A stretch of DNA of 64,000 bases from Pseudomonadota bacterium (GTDB lineage Bacteria; Pseudomonadota; Alphaproteobacteria; Micropepsales; Micropepsaceae), in NCBI GenBank assembly GCA_041192105.1, contig JBEENS010000003.1, positions 12,048-76,047 on the forward strand. Direction: 5' to 3'. A program made the translations under genes and the position numbers. Of this stretch, positions 53,188 to 61,035 are shown piece after piece. Numbering within the stretch: position 1 is the stretch's first letter; each line of letters begins with the position of its first letter. The notes under the pieces were generated by a model. The model was given only the letters and a program-made list of their open reading frames with translations, did not search any database and had not been told where the DNA came from.

Positions 53188-54450
53188 ATGGGTAGATATG
53201 TTCTTATGGTCGGAACTGCTGTCGTCTGCGCGTCACTGACTGTGACACATGCATGGTCGCAAGCGGGCCGCACTCCCAGCGTTCCGCCCGTCGGCTATGC
53301 GACGACCAGCAGTCCCACCAAGGACGGCACGCCGGCATGGTTCACCCGCGGCTCTTTTGCGTTGACCGGGCCGACTTCGGTTGCGCCGGGCGGCAAGGTG
53401 ACGGTTTTGGAGCGCACATCCGAGCGCGGCCCGGCTCGTGCCAATCCCGTCCCATATTGCGAGCGCTCAATCATTTGCGCCAATCCGATCGGTCCGGCCC
53501 GCACCGCCGTTCTGCGTGTCACGTACCGGGAAAATCTCGGTTACACCTACCAGTATCCCTACAATATACCTGCTGGACCGGGGGGCGCAGTCGCTGTGGC
53601 GCTCGATAGGGCCAAAAACCTCTGGGTACTCCAGCGCAGTCCGCCGGGCATGCCCAAGCTGTTCAAGTTCGACGCCAATGCGAAGCTGGTCCTGACGGTC
53701 CCGGAGTCCGTGACGGGCGACATGCTGAAGGCGCATGGGATGAAGGCCGACGCGGACGGCAATGTCTGGATTTTGGATACTAGCTGGGCCACTGCCAAGA
53801 AGATCAGCCATGACGGCCGGCTGCTGCAGACAATCGGCAGCGGCGGCAAGCGCGGGGACTGGGACGAGGCAAAAGGCCAGCGGCTCTTATGGGAGCCGGT
53901 CATGATTGATTTCGGCGCCAATGACGACATCTACATCGCGCAAGGCCATGGGCACGAAAGCCCCAATGATGTGGGTTCAAACGATCCCGCCAACAATCTG
54001 GGCAATTCCCGGATTCTGCATCTCGACAAGAACGGGAATTTCAAAAACCAGTATTTCGGAAACAATCATGGCCCGGGGAAGTTTTATTCGGCCCATGGGT
54101 TTGCCGTGGACCCCAAGACGGGCGACCTGTGGATTGGCGACCGGGAAGATTATCGCATCATCATCCTGACGGCCGATGGCAAGTTCGTTAAGACGATCCA
54201 GACCACCAATCTTGTCTGCGCCATCCAGTTCGATGCGCAGGGCGAGCCGTGGTACGCCAGTGGCCAGGACGGCCAGTTCCTGAAGATCGATAGGAACGGA
54301 AAGGTGCTCGGTGCCATCGGGCGCGGCATGGGAATCGGTGAAGGAGAATTTATGGAAGCGAGTTACTGGTCGTTCGACGCCAGCAACAATCTATACGCCG
54401 GCGACACCAACATAGCACGGATTACGAAAATGCTGGCTCCACAACGATAG
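53188..54450 (+). CDS. Secreted NHL-repeat six-bladed beta-propeller protein
   Basis: Signal peptide MGRYVLMVGTAVVCASLTVTHAWSQ after an AGGAGAGG Shine-Dalgarno sequence. Repeated NHL-like blades are present (NLWVLQR, GNVWILDT, DIYIAQGH, GDLWIGDR, NLYAGDT). Confidence 0.7.
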   Translation: MGRYVLMVGTAVVCASLTVTHAWSQAGRTPSVPPVGYATTSSPTKDGTPAWFTRGSFALTGPTSVAPGGKVTVLERTSERGPARANPVPYCERSIICANPIGPARTAVLRVTYRENLGYTYQYPYNIPAGPGGAVAVALDRAKNLWVLQRSPPGMPKLFKFDANAKLVLTVPESVTGDMLKAHGMKADADGNVWILDTSWATAKKISHDGRLLQTIGSGGKRGDWDEAKGQRLLWEPVMIDFGANDDIYIAQGHGHESPNDVGSNDPANNLGNSRILHLDKNGNFKNQYFGNNHGPGKFYSAHGFAVDPKTGDLWIGDREDYRIIILTADGKFVKTIQTTNLVCAIQFDAQGEPWYASGQDGQFLKIDRNGKVLGAIGRGMGIGEGEFMEASYWSFDASNNLYAGDTNIARITKMLAPQR

Positions 54451-54752
54451 GCCGCACGGTTGCTCAACGCTTGGTCGGCAGGAAGACCGCATCGACCGAG
54501 CCATCGATCGCTAAGCCCACGATCTGATCCATGCCAAAGCCTTTCTGGACCTTTCGTTTATCCGCCCCGACTGATCGGCCTAGATCGCGAAAGAGCATAG
54601 TGTGGCGCAGGCATTTGAGATTTACGCTGCTTTTGGACGCGGTGGTCGGGTATTCAATGTGACCGGCCACAACACTAGGTATTTATGTAGGTAGCGACGG
54701 TTGGTATTCGGAAAAAATACGGGAGACCCAGTGCCATAGGCCAGATGCGGTG

Positions 54753-54772
54753 GTCACGCAGGCGGCACCATT
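54753..54772 (+). repeat. Direct repeat of the tRNA-Thr 3' end (putative attR; partner 48977-48996)
   Basis: A 20/20 identity, GTCACGCAGGCGGCACCATT, read directly from the sequence. Confidence 0.9.
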
Positions 54773-54802
54773 AAAAAGCCCGCAAGGAATCGCGGGCTTT
54801 TT
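54773..54802. terminator. Bidirectional intrinsic terminator next to the tRNA remnant
   Basis: AAAAAGCCCGC-AAGGAATC-GCGGGCTTTTT, with A and T runs on both sides. This is probably the original tRNA-Thr terminator, displaced by the islet. Confidence 0.75.
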
Positions 54803-54877
54803 AATGCCAAGGGTTCGCGCGCGACAGCGCCTTGAGCGAACCGGCGGCAGGCGAAAACGCAAAGCCCATCTCACCCG

Positions 54878-55396
54878 CTAATTAATCTTCTGCATGCGAT
54901 AGATATTGGGATCGCCGGTGACTTTCATCTGTGCGCCCTTGGCGCCATCCTTGATCACATACACCACATAGTCTGAGGCCCGACCCAGCAGTTTCGCGCG
55001 GGGCGGGTCGCCCGGCTCCTGCTTATACATTTCGCCGTTGCTCAGCATGATGTTGAAAAGGCCGCGGCGATCGAAGCTGAAATTCTCCAACCGTTCGCGC
55101 ATCCCTGCGGCAAAGGCGGCATCGGTTGCCACGCGCGGCGGTATTAGCGCAGCGGCGCGCGGAATAGGTTGCGGCGCCGCGCCCGGCGGCACCAGGCGAA
55201 TCTGTTCTTCGGTCGCGGGCGGCAATCGCAGTTGTGCCCGCAACGGCTGGGCCGCGCCATAGATGCAATTCAGATAGGTGCGGTCGTCGGCGATAGAAGA
55301 GCAGCGCGCGATGCCGGCCGCCGTGTCTTCGCGCGGCCCCGCCATGGCGGGCGCCACGGCCAGCAGCAGGAACGCCGGAATCAGGTGGAACCGCAT
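54878..55396 (-). CDS. Hypothetical secreted protein
   Basis: Signal peptide MRFHLIPAFLLLAVAPAMAG. No recognisable family. Confidence 0.5.
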   Translation of the reverse strand: MRFHLIPAFLLLAVAPAMAGPREDTAAGIARCSSIADDRTYLNCIYGAAQPLRAQLRLPPATEEQIRLVPPGAAPQPIPRAAALIPPRVATDAAFAAGMRERLENFSFDRRGLFNIMLSNGEMYKQEPGDPPRAKLLGRASDYVVYVIKDGAKGAQMKVTGDPNIYRMQKIN

Positions 55397-55463
55397 GATA
55401 TTTCTCGCTTTGTCGGAAGCACGCTGACACGCAAATGTAACAGAACGGTCACAAAGACCGGGC

Positions 55464-55892
55464 CTACTTCCCCGCCGGCTTTTCCGCGACGATACTGATC
55501 TGCCCCAAAATCTGCGCATCGCCCGGCAGTGCAGTGCCGCCCGCCGGGAATTTGTTGACCGACAGCACGTAGGCGATCACGTCGGCGGTCTGGCGGCTGT
55601 TGATGTTGCCCGGATCGTTGGCGGGCATGGTGGTCTTGATCCGGGTGGCGAGGTCGCCCAGCGTCTGGCCCGACCAGTTGGCCAGGAACGCGCTGCCTTC
55701 CAGTCCCGGCGACATTTCCATCCCGGTCAGCTGGGCGCCGTGGCAGGAATCACATTTGCGATCATAGAAAATCTTGCCGCTCTCGACCTGCTCGGCGCTG
55801 AACACGCCGTCCCACACCGTGCGTGCCGGGGCCTGGGCCAATGCCGCGCCCACGGTCAGAATTAGCGCACCCGCAACCATCATGCTTTTCAT
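55464..55892 (-). CDS. Periplasmic c-type cytochrome (monoheme)
   Basis: Signal peptide MKSMMVAGALILTVGAALAQA, CDSCH heme-binding motif, and a distal Met region. The upstream part of the track ORF is rejected. Confidence 0.8.
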   Translation of the reverse strand: MKSMMVAGALILTVGAALAQAPARTVWDGVFSAEQVESGKIFYDRKCDSCHGAQLTGMEMSPGLEGSAFLANWSGQTLGDLATRIKTTMPANDPGNINSRQTADVIAYVLSVNKFPAGGTALPGDAQILGQISIVAEKPAGK

Positions 55893-56027
55893 TGAAAGAT
55901 GTCCATGCCGGTGGCGGTGCTTCGAGTCACGTTTTATCAGAAATCCGGCGCAAATTGCGTCCTCTGCAAGGGTATTCTTGCTCCGAAAAACCGCTGGGAT
56001 CGCGCCGGGAAAATTGCGGGGGCGATC

Positions 56028-57082
56028 ATGAACGCGAAATGGTTGGGTCTGGTTGTGGCCGCAAGCCTGCTGGCGGCGCCCGCGCTGGCGGCACCCGATG
56101 CGGCGACCTTGCGCGAACTGGAGAAGGACCAGCCTGGCGCCAGCGACTGGGCGCCCGCCGGCCGTTATGACGGCAGCCACCTGCTGGCCCAGACCGTCAA
56201 GGCGTTCGACGAACTGACATTGCCGTCGGTGGCCATCGCCAACGGCAAGTTCACGGCGAGCGCCACCGCCCAGGGCAGGGTGACGCGCAGCCTTTACATT
56301 GCGCCCAAGGGCCGCTCGACCCTGGAAATCCTGGCCAACCACAAGCAGGCGCTGATCGCCGCTGGCTTCAAGCCGGCCTTTGAATGCGGCGGCGATGCCT
56401 GCGGCGAGGGTTTCGGCCGCAAGAAATTCGATCCCGGCAGCAATGACAGCCGCGTGGTGGTGGAGAAGGCGGGGCAGGTCCGCACCTATCTCACCAACGC
56501 CATGCTCGAATATGTGAAGGACGTGCGCTACGGCCTGTACCGCAAGCCCGGTACCGGCGGCGATACGCTGGTGGGCATCTAAATCGCGCAGATGACCGGG
56601 GGCAGCAACGGCGATTATTCCGCTGCCGTCACCGGCTATGAAAGCGTGCTGATGGAATCGTCGAACCCAAGGCGATGAAACAGAAGATCGTCACCGTCAC
56701 CGCCAGCGAGATCGATTCCAGGATCGCCAGCGAAGGCCGTGCGATTTTCTATGGACTCTTCTTCGATTTCGACAAGGCCGATATCAAGCCGGAATCCAGG
56801 CCGCCGCTGGCCGAGATCGCCGATTATCTCGCCAAGCGTCCGGTGCTGAAAGCCTTTGTCGTCGGCCATACCGACATTCAGGGCGGGCTGGATTACAATC
56901 TCAGCCTGTCGTTGCGCCGGGCGCAGTCGGTGGTGGCGGCCTTGCAATCGCAGTTCAAGATTGCACCGAACCGGTTGACGGCGCGGGGCGTCGGCCCACT
57001 CTCGCCCACCGCAACCAACCGGGATGATACGGGGCGCGGCAAGAACCGCCGCGTGGAGCTGGTCGAGCAGGCCAGCCAATAG
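56028..57082 (+). pseudogene. DUF4892-like / OmpA C-terminal domain protein, apparently split by a TAA (56580-56582) and a 1-nt frameshift near 56650
   Basis: The N-terminal ORF has a signal peptide (MNAKWLGLVVAASLLAAPALA). After the TAA the same frame stays open for 31 codons. The OmpA_C domain (FDFDKADIKPES...GHTDIQGG...NRRVELV) then continues in a different frame with no N-terminal domain or signal of its own. Confidence 0.55.
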
Positions 57083-57092
57083 GCCGAAAGTC

Positions 57093-57473
57093 TCAGCCCA
57101 GCTCAGCCGGCTGATAACCGGGCGCGCGCGTGCGCCACAGGATGACGATGAACAGCGCCTTGGCACGCGGCAGCACGGCCAGCGAGATGACGGCGAACAG
57201 CGCCGACCACATTCCCATCGCCGCCCAGGTCGGCAGGAAATCGACATTGACCATGAAGGCGAAGGGCAGGAACACATGCCCGACAATGATGATGGTCAGC
57301 CAGGGCGCGGCGTCGTCGGCGCGGATCTGGCCGAAAGATTCGCCGCAGGCCGAACAGTTCTCCACCTGCTTGAGATAGGCGCGGAACAGCTTGCCCTCGC
57401 CGCAGCAGGGGCAGCGGCCTTGCAGGGCGCGGAGGCCAGCGGTTTTGAGGGTGATCCCGGTGTGTTCGCTCAT
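57093..57473 (-). CDS. DUF983 domain membrane protein
   Basis: N-terminal zinc-ribbon-like CPCCGEGKLF...CSACG followed by two TM helices. Confidence 0.75.
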   Translation of the reverse strand: MSEHTGITLKTAGLRALQGRCPCCGEGKLFRAYLKQVENCSACGESFGQIRADDAAPWLTIIIVGHVFLPFAFMVNVDFLPTWAAMGMWSALFAVISLAVLPRAKALFIVILWRTRAPGYQPAELG

Positions 57474-57658
57474 GCATCAAATATAGGGCGGCAATCGTTA
57501 TTTCTACCCTGTGCGCATTGCCCCTGCGACAAGCTTGCGCAGCCCGCCGGACGCGTCAGCGGACGGCCATTAAAGGGGCTTTCGGCAAGGATTGCGCCGA
57601 AAGCAAAACGCCGTCACTCTCAGGAAAAGGCGCAAAAGCCGGGGTTTCGGGGCGGTTC

Positions 57659-58807
57659 ATGAAGATCACCAAACTCACCACCTATGTGGTGCCGCCGCGC
57701 TGGCTGTTCCTGAAAGTGGAAACAGATAGTGGCATTACCGGCTGGGGCGAGCCGGTGGTGGAAGGGCGCGCTGAAACGGTTGCCGCCTGCGTCGCCGAAC
57801 TGGCGGATTACCTGATCGGCAAAGACCCGTCCGCCATCGAGGATCACTGGACGGTTTTGTATCGCGGCGGCTTCTATCGGGGCGGCGCCATTCACATGAG
57901 CGCGTTGGCGGGCATCGACCAGGCGCTGTGGGATATCAAGGGAAAGGCGTTGGGCCAGCCGGTGCATGTGCTGCTGGGCGGACCCGTGCGCCAGAAGATG
58001 CGCGTCTATTCCTGGATCGGCGGCGACCGCCCCGCCGATATCGTGGCGGGCGCCAAAGAGGTCGCGGCGCGCGGCTTCACCGCCATCAAGATGCTCGCGA
58101 CCGAGGAAATGGCTTGGCTGGACAGCAATGCCAGGATCGACGCCGTGTTGGCGCGGGTGCAGGCCTTGCGCGAAGCGATGGGGCCAGCGTTCGGTATCGC
58201 GGTGGATTTCCACGGCCGGCTGCACCGCCCCATGGCCAAGGTTCTGGCGCGCGAGCTTGATCCCTTCGGGCTGATGTTCATCGAGGAGCCGGTGCTGAGC
58301 GAACATGTCGAGGCGCTGCGCGAAATCGCCAACCATACCGCCACGCCTATCGCGCTGGGCGAGCGGCTGTTTTCGCGCTGGGACTTCAAGAAAATCCTGT
58401 CGGAGGGACTGGTGGACATCATCCAGCCCGATCCGTCCCATGCCGGCGGCATCACCGAGACTAAAAAGATTGCTGCCATGGCCGAGGCTTACGATGTGGC
58501 GCTGGCTCTGCATTGCCCGCTGGGCCCCATCGCGCTAGCGGCCTGCCTGCAACTGGACGCGGTCTGCGCCAATGCCGTGATCCAGGAACAGAGCCTGGGC
58601 ATTCATTACAACAAGGCCAACGACCTGATGGACTATGTCAGCAATCCATCGGTCTTCGCCTATGCCGACGGCTTTGTGGCGATCCCGAACGGCCCGGGCC
58701 TTGGCATCGAAGTCAATGAAGATGCGGTGAAGCGCGGCGCGGCCCTGGGCCATCGCTGGCGGCCGCCGGTTTGGCGTCACGAAGATGGATCATTCGCGGA
58801 GTGGTAA
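57659..58807 (+). CDS. dgoD: D-galactonate dehydratase (enolase superfamily)
   Basis: MKITKLTTYVVPPRWLFLKVETDSGITGWGEPVVEGRA start, which is near-canonical for DgoD. ATG at 57659. Confidence 0.9.
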   Translation: MKITKLTTYVVPPRWLFLKVETDSGITGWGEPVVEGRAETVAACVAELADYLIGKDPSAIEDHWTVLYRGGFYRGGAIHMSALAGIDQALWDIKGKALGQPVHVLLGGPVRQKMRVYSWIGGDRPADIVAGAKEVAARGFTAIKMLATEEMAWLDSNARIDAVLARVQALREAMGPAFGIAVDFHGRLHRPMAKVLARELDPFGLMFIEEPVLSEHVEALREIANHTATPIALGERLFSRWDFKKILSEGLVDIIQPDPSHAGGITETKKIAAMAEAYDVALALHCPLGPIALAACLQLDAVCANAVIQEQSLGIHYNKANDLMDYVSNPSVFAYADGFVAIPNGPGLGIEVNEDAVKRGAALGHRWRPPVWRHEDGSFAEW

Positions 58808-58808
58808 A

Positions 58809-60098
58809 ATGACAATGACGGAAAAACCGACCCGCGCACGCTATCTCGTGATGCTGATGATTTTTGTCAGCGTGGTCATCACTTTTCTGGACCGCAGCAA
58901 TCTTTCCATCACTGCGCCCGCCATGCGCAGCGAGCTGGGCATCGACACGATCCATATGGGCTGGCTGCTGTCGGCCTTCGGCTGGACCTATGCTTTCTGC
59001 CAGATTCCCGGCGGCTGGCTGGTCGACCGCGTTGCGCCGCGGCTTCTCTATCCCGCCATCCTGATCCTGTGGTCCTTTGCCACGGTTATGCTGGGTGTGG
59101 TGAGCGGGATCGTGACGCTGATCTGCCTGCGGCTGCTGATCGGGCTGCTGGAAGCGCCGTCATATTCGATCAACAACATGGTGGTGAGCAGCTGGTTTCC
59201 CGACCGCGAACGGGCCGGGGCGATTGGTTTCTACACCTCCGGCCAGTTTGTCGGCCTGGCCTTCCTGACGCCGCTGCTGCTCCTGCTGCAATCCAACTAT
59301 GGCTGGCGGACGGTATTCTACACCACCGGCGTCGGCGGCATCGTCTGGGGCCTGTTCTGGCTCTGGGCCTATCGCACCCCGCGCGAATCCAAACTGGCAA
59401 ACGCGGACGAGATCGCCGAGATCGAAGCGGGCGGCGCGCTGGTGGAGCTGGGGAGCGCCCAGTCCCGCAAGGACAAGCACAAGCTGACCTGGGCCGATTT
59501 CCGCACCGTCTTCAAGTATCGCAAATTGTGGGGCGTCTATCTCGGCCAGTTCGCGGTGACATCCTGCCAGTGGTTCTTCCTCACCTGGTTTCCCACTTAT
59601 CTGATCGAATTCCGCGGTCTGAGTTTTGTGAAGACCGGGCTGTATGCCTCAATACCGTTCCTGGCGGCGTTCGCGGGCGTGCTGTTGTCAGGTCTGGTTT
59701 CCGACCGCATCCTGCGCAGCGGGGCCAGCCTGGGCGTGGCGCGCAAGACGCCGATCATCTGCGGCCTGCTTCTGTCCAGCAGCATCATCGGCGCCAACTA
59801 TGTCGAATCGCCCGAACTGGTGATCGCCTTCATGGCGCTGGCCTTTTTCGGCAACGGCATGGCCAGTATCGGCTGGTCTCTGATCTCCTCGGTGGCGCCG
59901 CGCCACCTGATCGGGCTGACGGGCGGCACCTTCAACTTCATTTCCAACCTGTCGGGCATCACCACGCCGCTGGTGATCGGCTATCTCGCCCAGGGCGGAA
60001 ATTTTGCCCCGGGCCTGACCTATATCGCGGTGGTCGCGGTGATGGGCGCGTTGGCCTATATCCTGATGATCGGCAAGCTGGAACGCGTCGAAGGCTGA
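58809..60098 (+). CDS. MFS transporter, anion:cation symporter (ACS) family; probable sugar-acid (galactonate-type) transporter
   Basis: Twelve TM helices, an FLDRSNLSI motif, and a start 1 nt after the dgoD stop. Confidence 0.8.
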   Translation: MTMTEKPTRARYLVMLMIFVSVVITFLDRSNLSITAPAMRSELGIDTIHMGWLLSAFGWTYAFCQIPGGWLVDRVAPRLLYPAILILWSFATVMLGVVSGIVTLICLRLLIGLLEAPSYSINNMVVSSWFPDRERAGAIGFYTSGQFVGLAFLTPLLLLLQSNYGWRTVFYTTGVGGIVWGLFWLWAYRTPRESKLANADEIAEIEAGGALVELGSAQSRKDKHKLTWADFRTVFKYRKLWGVYLGQFAVTSCQWFFLTWFPTYLIEFRGLSFVKTGLYASIPFLAAFAGVLLSGLVSDRILRSGASLGVARKTPIICGLLLSSSIIGANYVESPELVIAFMALAFFGNGMASIGWSLISSVAPRHLIGLTGGTFNFISNLSGITTPLVIGYLAQGGNFAPGLTYIAVVAVMGALAYILMIGKLERVEG

Positions 60099-61025
60099 TC
60101 AATAGCCATAGTCGCGCCGATACCAGCGCGGACGGGGCGGGGGGTAATCGCGCCACTGCCAGCTGGGCGGTGGGCCATAACCACGCTCGCTATAAGCGGG
60201 TTCGCGATAGCCGTTATAGGCGTCATCGCCCCGGGGGCGCTCACGTATCTGATAGGCCCGCGGGCGCGGCGGCAGGTCTTCGGCGTCCGCCGCGGCATAG
60301 GCGGGTGCCGTATCTTCGGCCTCGAACGCGTCGTCGTCTTCCGGCTCCGGCTGGGTCGTGATCGGCGCAGGGGGCGCGGTCCGGCGATAGGGACTGGCGG
60401 AGAATGTGTAAGTAGGCACGCCGCCGATGGCGACGTCCGGACGCGCCTCGGCCATGCGCACCGGCGCCTCCGCCCTCGGGGCGGCTGCCACTGTCACCGT
60501 TTTGGTGGGCGCGGCGGCGATGGCCACCGGCACGTCAGGCTTCGGCTTGATTGCCGCCTTTGCCAGCACCGGCCGCGAATCTTTGCAGATGGCGCCGATA
60601 TCCATGCCCGCCGAGCGGGCCTCGACAAAACCGGCCAGGGTGTCGCGATTCTGTGCCGAGGCCGCGAACAGCGCCCGCGCATCGGCGCAGAAGGTCCCGG
60701 TATCGCGCGCCTGTTCCAGCCCGGAAATATTGGCGGCCTTGGTCTTGAAGCTGTCATAGCCCGCTTCGCCATGCTCGCCGCCGCGCCGCACGAAAAAGCC
60801 CTTCAGCGAAGCATCGGAGGATTGCAGCTCGCCGCGATAGGTATTGATGAAGCGGTTATAGGCGCTCACCTCCTTGTATTGCAGGGCGGCGACCATCATC
60901 GCCTGGTGCATCACCGCGGTTTTGAGCGCGGAGGCTTCGCCCGGGGTGGCGCAACCGGCGGCCCATGCCGGATGGGCCAGGGCCAAAAGCGCGATTGTGG
61001 CGCAGGCAGATTGAAACAGCTTCAT
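60099..61025 (-). CDS. Hypothetical secreted protein with a Pro/Tyr/Arg-rich C-terminus
   Basis: Signal peptide MKLFQSACATIALLALAHPAWA. It starts 10 nt downstream of the MORN gene stop. Confidence 0.5.
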   Translation of the reverse strand: MKLFQSACATIALLALAHPAWAAGCATPGEASALKTAVMHQAMMVAALQYKEVSAYNRFINTYRGELQSSDASLKGFFVRRGGEHGEAGYDSFKTKAANISGLEQARDTGTFCADARALFAASAQNRDTLAGFVEARSAGMDIGAICKDSRPVLAKAAIKPKPDVPVAIAAAPTKTVTVAAAPRAEAPVRMAEARPDVAIGGVPTYTFSASPYRRTAPPAPITTQPEPEDDDAFEAEDTAPAYAAADAEDLPPRPRAYQIRERPRGDDAYNGYREPAYSERGYGPPPSWQWRDYPPPRPRWYRRDYGY

Positions 61026-61035
61026 GGTGGTCCCC

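Larger units (their letters stand above)
48997..54772. mobile_element. About 5.8-kb genomic islet inserted at the 3' end of tRNA-Thr, bounded by a 20-bp direct repeat
   Basis: GTCACGCAGGCGGCACCATT occurs at 48977-48996 (the tRNA 3' end) and again at 54753-54772. The interior carries an IS110 element and visibly lower-GC cargo. No intact integrase is present. Confidence 0.7.

Noticed and set aside
54464-54670. A 68-aa minus-strand ORF next to the right islet boundary. Its segment LKCLRHTMLFRDLGRSVGADKRKVQKGFGM is vaguely reminiscent of tyrosine-recombinase box II (HDLRHT...VQELLGH).
   Set aside because: The resemblance is too short and degenerate. The catalytic His and Tyr context is missing, and the N-terminal 250 or more residues would have to lie beyond the attR repeat. 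It cannot be supported without a profile search, and it may simply be non-coding islet DNA.
59069-60361. A 430-aa alternative-frame ORF overlapping the MFS transporter. Similar alternative-frame ORFs lie at 39657-40568 and 43857-44768.
   Set aside because: They are Arg/Pro/Gly-rich out-of-frame translations of genes whose primary frames have clear family signatures (12-TM MFS, membrane protein, PriA).
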